Source: Candidatus Latescibacterota bacterium (GTDB lineage: Bacteria > Latescibacterota > UBA2968 > UBA8231). From it: a stretch of 64,000 nucleotides of DNA. Below are positions 8,677 through 16,444 of this stretch, piece after piece. Under the pieces are notes generated by a model. That model searched no databases. It was not told the origin of the DNA and saw only the letters and a program-made list of their open reading frames with translations. A program made the translations under genes and the position numbers. The stretch is taken from assembly GCA_965203175.1 (NCBI GenBank), contig OZ241867.1, positions 3,872,001-3,936,000 on the forward strand, given 5' to 3'. The first letter of the stretch is position 1. Each line of letters opens with the position of its first letter.

Positions 8677-10560
8677 TTAATAGGCGACGTGTAGTGGTTT
8701 TACGGCCTCGACCGTTTGGTGGTCGGTCTCGACGGAGACGCGGTATAGATACAGCCCCGGCGGCACCAGCCGTCCCGACTCGTCCCGGCCATCCCATAGC
8801 TGTTCATACGTACCAATCCCGTCCAAACCCTCATACACCCGACGCATCCGACGACCCGATAAGTCCCACACCGCCACCACCACCCAAGACGGATTCGTCA
8901 ACTCTACCAAGCTATACCCCAAGCCCACTACATCGTTGTGCGCATCCCCGTTGGGCGTCAAAACTGCTGGTCCGGCCTCTATCTGCAGCACGTTTTGATG
9001 TTGCGCGCGGGTGGCTACCCACACCCGATTGTCCTCATAGGCCGGGGTAGCATCGCCTTCCTGCACGCTCTGGGGCACCTCCAACGGTAGGGCACTATCC
9101 CACACCCGCATTAAAAAAGCCGAGCCATAGCGCAGCACCTCTGCCTCAAAGAGCACCTCGACCAAAGCACCCGAATCCTGAGCTGTCAGCCGAGGGATAC
9201 TCACGACCACTCGGTGTGGCTCGGCCGCTTCCACGGCATAATCTATCGGCTCATCGCCGATGCGCACTTGGCTTACGGGACCTAGCCGCGCCACGGTGGC
9301 CACCTCTAACCGGTCAAAGCCGCCACTATCCACCCCAATGGTGGGTCGTATCACATAGGTAAACTGCTGCGGCTGTCCCACCTTTACCTCGACCGGCCAG
9401 ACCTCGCCGACCAACTGCGTGGCCACCGGTGGGGAAGCGCGTACTTCGAGAAAGTCGACCTGTCCGCCATCGTCGTCTTGGGGCAGAAAATCGACCCTAA
9501 GTTGGAGGTAGCGTCTTGGACTCAGCGACACCACGGGGGTGCCACTGCTGTCGGCAAAGGCATAAGGGGCCGACCAGAACGTCCAGTTCGCTTGATCGTA
9601 GCCAATGCCGGCTTTTTCACCCACAGCTAACTTGGCGTATTCGTTTCGACTGACGGGTGTTTTTTCGTCTCCTCGTCCGGTGAAGCGCAAGAACAGGTCG
9701 GGGTCGTCGTCTTGTCCGGAGCGGGATTGGATAAGCACTTGGGCTTTGGGGTCTTGTCGTCCGGCCCAGCGCAGGTTGCCCCAAGCCATGGGCTGACCAA
9801 AATCGAGAATATTGGAAATATAAGTTGCTTGTTCGGCAAAGCCTTTGGCGTAGATTTCTATCTCATTGACTTCCCAGTCCTCGCCGTGTTCGCCGACAGT
9901 CACCTGCACAAATTCCACATCCTCGTGCGCTGGAATGGGTACATCCAATATCTGCTCTCGGTTGTCTCGCACCTCGACGATCCAAGGCGAAAATGGCTCG
10001 GGAGTAAGACTAAAAGAGATGCGCGCGGGCAGCGGCCCAATGTGGATGCGGAAGGTCCGCACAGTTCTGCTCGGGTTGATCAACCCGGATATAATCCGAA
10101 TCCGATCAATGCGATAACGACTGCCTAAAAAAATATTAGCTGTGCCCTGGCGACCGAAGTCGTCGGTACAGGATCCTCGACTGCGGAATTGGGCGCATAT
10201 ATATTTCTCTGCCAGCCAGAAGACACCCGTATCCCCATCCCATACTTCTCTATTTATATTGGGCCTTAAATGTGCCCCTCCTCTCTCTTCAACTCCAGGT
10301 GCGATGTTGAAGTTTGGATCGCGTTTCAGAGGCCAGATACTAGCACTAGCCAAGCCCACCTCAGTGGCTTTCCCACCGCGGTCTTCCCCTATATCCGTCC
10401 AGTCTAGCTGGATAAATTCCACCCCTTCGCCGCTTGCTTCAGGCGGCGGCTCTAGCGCTTCACCGCCGAAGCGGTAGATGACCAACCCGGAAGCTTCTCC
10501 AGTCGCGAAGCCAATCCACAGGGAGAGAGCCCAGGTCAACGAACGGAATAGGTCGCTCAT
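8677..10560 (-). CDS. Secreted protein with discoidin-like N-domain and C-terminal FlgD Ig-like domain (paralog 1 of 3)
   Basis: Signal peptide, TPNGDAHND, WDLSGRRMR, WDGRDESGRLVPPGLYLYRV; 627 aa. Confidence 0.85.
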   Translation of the reverse strand: MSDLFRSLTWALSLWIGFATGEASGLVIYRFGGEALEPPPEASGEGVEFIQLDWTDIGEDRGGKATEVGLASASIWPLKRDPNFNIAPGVEERGGAHLRPNINREVWDGDTGVFWLAEKYICAQFRSRGSCTDDFGRQGTANIFLGSRYRIDRIRIISGLINPSRTVRTFRIHIGPLPARISFSLTPEPFSPWIVEVRDNREQILDVPIPAHEDVEFVQVTVGEHGEDWEVNEIEIYAKGFAEQATYISNILDFGQPMAWGNLRWAGRQDPKAQVLIQSRSGQDDDPDLFLRFTGRGDEKTPVSRNEYAKLAVGEKAGIGYDQANWTFWSAPYAFADSSGTPVVSLSPRRYLQLRVDFLPQDDDGGQVDFLEVRASPPVATQLVGEVWPVEVKVGQPQQFTYVIRPTIGVDSGGFDRLEVATVARLGPVSQVRIGDEPIDYAVEAAEPHRVVVSIPRLTAQDSGALVEVLFEAEVLRYGSAFLMRVWDSALPLEVPQSVQEGDATPAYEDNRVWVATRAQHQNVLQIEAGPAVLTPNGDAHNDVVGLGYSLVELTNPSWVVVAVWDLSGRRMRRVYEGLDGIGTYEQLWDGRDESGRLVPPGLYLYRVSVETDHQTVEAVKPLHVAY

Positions 10561-10710
10561 AAGATGGGCCTTGGGGGATAGGGGGCCTATAGAAGAAACA
10601 ATCCTACGATCACTACATTAGCCACATGTTTTCTATATATAGATACGAATATTGGCTCAGATTGCGAAAGTTGACTTTTCGCGGACGGCCAACGGCAAAC
10701 GAAAAATTGC

Positions 10711-12594
10711 TCAGTATACCACGTGCAGGAGTCCAGCTTGCTCGACCGTTTGATGGTCGGCCCCGACGGAGACGCGGTAGAGGTACAGCCCCGGCGGCAC
10801 CAGCCGTCCCGACGCATCGCGACCATCCCACATTCGCTCGTAGATACCAACCCCATCCAAACCTCCATACACCTGACGAACCCGACGACCCGATAAGTCC
10901 CACACCGCCACCGCCACCCAGGACGGACCGGTCAACTCTATCAAGCGATACTCCAATCCTACCTCGTCGTTGCGCTCATCCCCGTTGGGGGTCAAGACTG
11001 CCGGCTTTCGGCCCATCTGCAACACCCCTTGATGCTCTGCCTTGGTGGCCACCCATACCCGATTGTCCTCATAGGTGGGAGTGGCATCGCCTTCCTGCAC
11101 GCTCTGGGGCACCTCCAATGGCAGGGCACTGTCCCACACCCGCACCGAAAAAGTCGAGCCATAGAGCAACACCTCTGCCTCAAAGGCCACTTCCACCAAA
11201 GCACCCGAATCCTGAGCCGTTAGTCGAGGGATACTCACGACCACTCGGTGTGGCTCCGTCGCTTCCACTGCATAATCTACCGGCTCATCGCCAATGCTCA
11301 CTTGGGTTACAGGTCCTAGCCGCGCCGCGGTGGCCACCTCTAACCGGTCGAAGCCGCCACTGTCCACCCCAAGGGTGGGTCTTAGCACATAGGTAAACTG
11401 CTGCGGTCGTCCTACGGCGGCCTCTACCGGCCAGATCTCGCCGACCAACTGCGTGGCCACCGGTGGGGAAGCGCGCACTTCGAGAAAATCCATCTGTCCA
11501 CTGTCTTGGTCTTGGGGGAGAATGTCAACCTTGAGTTGGAGGTAGCGTCTTGGACTCATCGACACGATGGGGGTGCCACTGCTGTCGGCAAAGGCATAGG
11601 GGGACGACCAGAACGTCCAGTTGGCATGATCGTAGTCGACACCGGCTTTTTCAGCCCTAGCTAACTTGGCGTAGGTAGTTCGGCTGACGGGCATTTTTTC
11701 GTCGCCTCGTCCGGTGAAGCGCCAGAACAGGTCGGGGTCTTCATCTTGTCCGGAGCGGGATTGGATGAGGACGCGGGCTTTGGGGTCTTGGTGGCCGGCC
11801 CAGCGCAGGTTGCCCCAAGCCATGGGCTGACCAAAATCGAGAATGTTAGAGATGTACGTCGCTTGTTCGACAAAGCCTTTGGCGTAGATTTCTACCTCGT
11901 GGACTTCCCAGTCCTCGTTGTGTTCGCCGACCGTTACCTGCACGAATTCCACTTGCTCGTGTGGTGGGATGGGGATATCGAGGATCTGCTCCCGATTGTC
12001 GCGCACCTCGACGATCCAGGGGGCAAAAGGCGGAGGATTGAAAGTGATCCTCATCGTGGGAAGGAGCGGGGACATGAAAACGCGGAGGGAGCCCACAATT
12101 TTGCCTGGGTCGGCCAACCCGGACTTCACTCGGATCCGGTCGATTAGATAGCGACCTCCCAAAAAAATATTGGCCGTGCCCGGAGTGCCGAAATCGTCAA
12201 TACAGACGAGGTTATAGGCCTCGAATTCGGCACACAGATATCTGTCTGCCAACCAGACAGTGCTCTCGTCCCCATCCCAGACCTGTCCATTGACGTTGGG
12301 TCTGACGTGGCTTCCCCCCTTTTCTTCGACACCTGGCGCTATATTGAAAGTAGGATCGCGTTTTTGGGCCCGGATGACGGCGTCTATATCTAGGTCGGCG
12401 GCCTCTCCACCTAGGGAAGGATCGAGATCGGTCCAACTCAGTTGAATAAATTCCACCCCTTCGTGGTCTACTTCGGGCGGTGGCGCTAGCGCTTCACCGC
12501 CGAAACGGTAGATGACCAACCCGGAAGCTTCTCCAGTCGCGAAACTAAGCCACAGGAAGAGAGCCCAGGTCAACAAACGGAATAGGTCGCTCAT
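10711..12594 (-). CDS. Secreted protein with discoidin-like N-domain and C-terminal FlgD Ig-like domain (paralog 2 of 3)
   Basis: Colinear with paralog 1; TPNGDERND, WDGRDASGRLVPPGLYLYRV; 627 aa. Confidence 0.85.
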   Translation of the reverse strand: MSDLFRLLTWALFLWLSFATGEASGLVIYRFGGEALAPPPEVDHEGVEFIQLSWTDLDPSLGGEAADLDIDAVIRAQKRDPTFNIAPGVEEKGGSHVRPNVNGQVWDGDESTVWLADRYLCAEFEAYNLVCIDDFGTPGTANIFLGGRYLIDRIRVKSGLADPGKIVGSLRVFMSPLLPTMRITFNPPPFAPWIVEVRDNREQILDIPIPPHEQVEFVQVTVGEHNEDWEVHEVEIYAKGFVEQATYISNILDFGQPMAWGNLRWAGHQDPKARVLIQSRSGQDEDPDLFWRFTGRGDEKMPVSRTTYAKLARAEKAGVDYDHANWTFWSSPYAFADSSGTPIVSMSPRRYLQLKVDILPQDQDSGQMDFLEVRASPPVATQLVGEIWPVEAAVGRPQQFTYVLRPTLGVDSGGFDRLEVATAARLGPVTQVSIGDEPVDYAVEATEPHRVVVSIPRLTAQDSGALVEVAFEAEVLLYGSTFSVRVWDSALPLEVPQSVQEGDATPTYEDNRVWVATKAEHQGVLQMGRKPAVLTPNGDERNDEVGLEYRLIELTGPSWVAVAVWDLSGRRVRQVYGGLDGVGIYERMWDGRDASGRLVPPGLYLYRVSVGADHQTVEQAGLLHVVY

Positions 12595-12624
12595 AAGATG
12601 GGCCTAAGGCAAACGAAAAATTGC

Positions 12625-14511
12625 TCAGTACACCACGTGCAGGAGTCCGGCTTGCTCGGCTGTTTGGTGATCGGCCTCGACGGATACGCGGTATAAGTAG
12701 AGTCCCGGTGGCACCAGCCGTCCTGACGCATCGTGCCCATCCCACATCCGCTCATACGTTCCCACATCGTCTCGCCCTGCATACACCTGACGCACCAGCC
12801 GTCCCGACAAATCCCACACCGCCACCACCACCGACGCCGCTCCCGTCAGTTCCAATAAATCGTAGCCCAGTCCTACTGTATCGTTGCGCCCATCCCCATT
12901 GGGCGTCAAGATTGCTGACGCCGTCCGCACCTGTAACACCGCCTGCTCTCGGGCTGTTGTGGCCACCCACATCCGATTGCCTTCATAGGCTGGACTGGCA
13001 TCGCCCTCCTGCACACTCTGGGATACCTCCAACGGCCGGGCACTGTCCCATACCTGCGCGGCAAAGGTAGATCCATAGCGCAATACTTGGGCTCGGAAAA
13101 CCACCTCTATTAAGGTCCCTGAGTCTTGGGCCGTCAGCCGCGGAAAATTCACTACCACTCGGTGTGGCTCGGCCACTTCTACTGCATAATCTACCGGCTC
13201 ATCGCCGATGCGCACCGCAGCGACCCCCTCGACAATCGACGAGGTCGCTATCGCCAACCGGTCAAAGCCCTCGTCGTTGGTGCCAAGGGTTGGTCGCACC
13301 GCGTAAGTGAACTGCTGCGGCTGTCCCACCTTTACCTCCACAGGCCAGATCTCGCCGACTAGCTGCGTGGCCACCGGTAGGGAAGCGCGTACTTCGAGAA
13401 AGTCCACTTGTCCACCATCGTCGTCTTGGGGTAGAAAGTCGACTTTGAGTTGGAGGTAGCGTCGTGGACTCAGCGACACTACGGGGGTGCCGTTACCGTC
13501 GGCAAAGGCGTAGGGAGCGGACCAGAACGTCCAGTTAGCATGATCGTAGCCGATACCGGCTTTTTCGCCGATAGCTAGCTTGGCGTAGGTAGCTCGGCTG
13601 ACGGATATTTTTTCATCGCCTCGTCCGGTAGATCGCCAGAACAGGTCGGGGTCTTCGTCTTGTCCGGACCGAGATTGGATGAGGACGCGGGCTTTGGGGT
13701 CTTGTCGTCCGGACCAGCGCAGGTCACCCCAAGCCATTGGCTGACCAAAATCGAGGATGTTCGAGATGTAGCTGGCCTTTTTGACCAGCCCTTTGGCGTA
13801 GACTTCTATCTCGTTTACTTCCCAGTCCTCGCGGTGCTCGCTGATGGCCACTTGCACAAAGGTCGTTCCCTCTTGTGGTGGGATGGGGATATCGATGATC
13901 TGCTCTCGATTGTCTCGTACCTCGATGACCCAAGGCGAATACGGCGGGGGATGATCAATGAGAGATCTATTCTTCCAAGGCAACTCTGGCGCGATGTAAA
14001 TACGGAAGGTCCGCACTATTTTACTCGGATCGGTCAGGCCGGATATAATTCGGATCCGGTCGATAAGATAGGGACGACCTAAGTTGATGTTAGCCGTGCC
14101 CTGTCGGCCAAAATCATCTACGCAGAAAAACCTGCTGAGTGCGCCACACAGATAACTAGCCGCCACCCAAGGCACACTGACATCTCCATCCCATACTTCC
14201 ACATTCACATTGGGTCTGACGTGCTCTCCACCATGTTCTTCAATTCCGGGGGCGATATTGAAATTTGGATCGCGTTCAAGTGGCTGGATAGCGGCGGTGT
14301 CTATATTCAGATCGACTGTCTCTCCGCCTAGGGAAGGATCGAGATCAGTCCAGCTTAGCTGGATGAATTCCACGCCTTCATGATCTGCCTCTGGAGGCGG
14401 ATCCAGTATTTCGCCGCCCAATCGGTAGATGACCAACCCGGAAGCCGGTCCGGCCGCGGAACTAGCCCACAAGAAGAGGCCCCAAATCAACAAACGGAAT
14501 AAGTCAGCCAT
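12625..14511 (-). CDS. Secreted protein with discoidin-like N-domain and C-terminal FlgD Ig-like domain (paralog 3 of 3)
   Basis: Colinear with paralogs 1 and 2; TPNGDGRND, WDGHDASGRLVPPGLYLYRV; 628 aa. Confidence 0.85.
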   Translation of the reverse strand: MADLFRLLIWGLFLWASSAAGPASGLVIYRLGGEILDPPPEADHEGVEFIQLSWTDLDPSLGGETVDLNIDTAAIQPLERDPNFNIAPGIEEHGGEHVRPNVNVEVWDGDVSVPWVAASYLCGALSRFFCVDDFGRQGTANINLGRPYLIDRIRIISGLTDPSKIVRTFRIYIAPELPWKNRSLIDHPPPYSPWVIEVRDNREQIIDIPIPPQEGTTFVQVAISEHREDWEVNEIEVYAKGLVKKASYISNILDFGQPMAWGDLRWSGRQDPKARVLIQSRSGQDEDPDLFWRSTGRGDEKISVSRATYAKLAIGEKAGIGYDHANWTFWSAPYAFADGNGTPVVSLSPRRYLQLKVDFLPQDDDGGQVDFLEVRASLPVATQLVGEIWPVEVKVGQPQQFTYAVRPTLGTNDEGFDRLAIATSSIVEGVAAVRIGDEPVDYAVEVAEPHRVVVNFPRLTAQDSGTLIEVVFRAQVLRYGSTFAAQVWDSARPLEVSQSVQEGDASPAYEGNRMWVATTAREQAVLQVRTASAILTPNGDGRNDTVGLGYDLLELTGAASVVVAVWDLSGRLVRQVYAGRDDVGTYERMWDGHDASGRLVPPGLYLYRVSVEADHQTAEQAGLLHVVY

Positions 14512-14811
14512 AGGTGGGCATTGATCTCGCTATTGTGGAAGGGCGAAAATCACAGGGCCATTGCAAAGCGGTGAACGGCGTCTGCAGAAGCTCTGCTCCG
14601 CAATTCGCCCCAGATTGCGAAAAGTCGGATGTTCTAAAACAAAATAGCGCTTATCCCTTATCCATGTAGGAGAAAAATATTACAAGAAATTAACGGGCAT
14701 ATCAATCAAAAATTATCGCTCTGTGTGCACGCGGATAACAAAGACCTTGCTTAGATTAACTAAAAAGTTGCGGTAGATCGGCACCGAGGCATCCTAGCCC
14801 TACAGTAAAAC

Positions 14812-14840
14812 TTGACAATCTCCCAAAATGGTGGTATCTG
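14812..14840 (+). promoter_or_regulatory. Sigma70-like promoter
   Basis: TTGACA-17 bp-TATCTG with TGn extension, ~90 bp upstream of the 14933 start. Confidence 0.55.
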
Positions 14841-14932
14841 AAATACAATAGATGAGCAGACGAGGGTTGTCGGTTTCTCGCACGTCTGTGTCATTGGCCT
14901 ATCTATTATCCCCGCACTTGTGGAGGGTAGAT

Positions 14933-16315
14933 ATGCGGCGAATCGGCTTTGTCCTAAGCGCATTGCTCAGCACTGCGAGTTGGTCTCTGATCGGCTGCGA
15001 TTCCGGCCGTTCGGTGGAGCCCCAAGAAACATCAACTTGGGATACGATCCAGCACGATATCTTTGCCTCCAACTGCGTTAGCTGCCACAGTGTCGGCACC
15101 TCCTTTGCCCGGCAGTCGGGCTTGGTTTTGACTCCAGATTTGGCTTACAGCCAACTGATCAATAGTGTACCGCGCAATGCCTCGGCAGCCCAAGATGGCT
15201 TGGTCTTGCTGAGCAATGAGGGACTTGCGGGACTTTTTAAGAGTTACCTTTGGGAAAAGATCAACGCGCCCGACCAAGAGCACTTCTACGCCGACCACCC
15301 CAACTACGGCGCGCAGATGCCGCTGGGTCGTCCGCCGCTGACTAATGGCCAACTGGAATTCATACGCCAGTGGATCCGCGCCGGAGCCCCCGAAAAAGGG
15401 GAGGTAGCAGACTTGGCTCTGCTGCAGGACGAGGAGCGCTATGCGGTACCGGAGTTTGAGCCGCTAAATCCACCGTTCAATGGCATCCAGCTCCACCTAG
15501 GCCCCTTTGAGGTCGCACCCCAGTACGAGCGCGAAGTCTATTTTTATCAGCCCCTCGACCACGCCGAGGATCTCTTCGTCAACCGCTTTGAATTGTCCAT
15601 GCGGTCGGGGAGTCACCACTTCATTCTCAACCAGTTTCCCGACTATACCCCAGCCGATGTTATTCCCGAGCCGGAGATCTACCGCGACCTGCGCGACGCC
15701 ACAGGTAATTACCAAGACGCCGAAGGGTACGATCTGTTCGACTGGCGGGTCATGCAGTATCAGGTTCCCATTGTAATCGCCCAATCTACGCGTCTTGACC
15801 TCAGCTTGCCTCCCGGCGTGGCCATGCGTCTGCCCGCTGGAACGGGTCTCGATATGAACTCCCACTATGCCAATGCCACTGATCAGGCCGCGATTGGCGA
15901 AGTATTTGTCAACCTGCATCTTATTGAACCCTCGGAAGTGGAACGGGTAGCCGAGGTCTTCGCCCTGAGCAACTTCGATATTGATCTGCCCCCTGGCCAA
16001 ATCACTACCCTAGAGAAAGAGTTCATTTTTAAGGAGGACAGGCACATCGTCCAACTTGTTTCCCATGCCCATGACCGCATGGAGGAATTCACCGCCGAAC
16101 TCATCGGCGGACCCCGGGATGGAGAATTGGTCTACATCAGCTACGACTGGGAACACCCGGCCCCCCTCAGATTCGATCCGCCGCTGATGGTCGAAGAGGG
16201 CCAAGGCTTCAGGATTAGGGCCACCTACGACAATGACACCGAGCGGAATCTCAACTTCGGATTCACGCGCGCCGATGAAATGATGATTCTCTACGGCTAT
16301 TACTACGCCGACTGA
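14933..16315 (+). CDS. Lipoprotein: c-type cytochrome fused to copper type II (PHM/DBH-like) monooxygenase domains
   Basis: GGAGG RBS; lipobox SLIGC; CVSCH plus QMP distal Met; SHHF, NSHY, SHAHD and DEMMILY copper-ligand motifs. Confidence 0.75.
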   Translation: MRRIGFVLSALLSTASWSLIGCDSGRSVEPQETSTWDTIQHDIFASNCVSCHSVGTSFARQSGLVLTPDLAYSQLINSVPRNASAAQDGLVLLSNEGLAGLFKSYLWEKINAPDQEHFYADHPNYGAQMPLGRPPLTNGQLEFIRQWIRAGAPEKGEVADLALLQDEERYAVPEFEPLNPPFNGIQLHLGPFEVAPQYEREVYFYQPLDHAEDLFVNRFELSMRSGSHHFILNQFPDYTPADVIPEPEIYRDLRDATGNYQDAEGYDLFDWRVMQYQVPIVIAQSTRLDLSLPPGVAMRLPAGTGLDMNSHYANATDQAAIGEVFVNLHLIEPSEVERVAEVFALSNFDIDLPPGQITTLEKEFIFKEDRHIVQLVSHAHDRMEEFTAELIGGPRDGELVYISYDWEHPAPLRFDPPLMVEEGQGFRIRATYDNDTERNLNFGFTRADEMMILYGYYYAD

Positions 16316-16444
16316 GTAGGCGGCCGATCTGGCCCCTGATGTCACTGGGCCTAGGATGAGGCGGGCTTTGACCGCTTGCCTCCCGCCTGTGGGCACCCCG
16401 GTGATCAGCGAAGTCTATCGCCGAAGGCTGGAACGGACTGGTAC

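Larger units (their letters stand above)
8677..14511. repeat. Tandem triplication of a ~1.9-2.0 kb gene unit
   Basis: Long near-identical DNA tracts among the three copies, e.g. GGTAGATGACCAACCCGGAAGC in all three, plus shared junction sequences. Confidence 0.95.

Noticed and set aside
8520-13070. Three similar Pro-rich plus-strand ORFs (8520-9050, 10626-11396, 12621-13070)
   Set aside because: They are antisense to the paralogs' conserved 3' ends, so their similarity follows from the duplication.
8677-14511. Diversity-generating retroelement or shufflon as the source of loop variation
   Set aside because: No reverse transcriptase, template repeat, invertase or inverted sites were seen. The variation includes indels and is not adenine-specific.
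14640-14760. TTATCC-like words in an AT-rich spacer as oriC/DnaA boxes
   Set aside because: Only partial matches with two or more mismatches to TTATCCACA, and no dnaA context.
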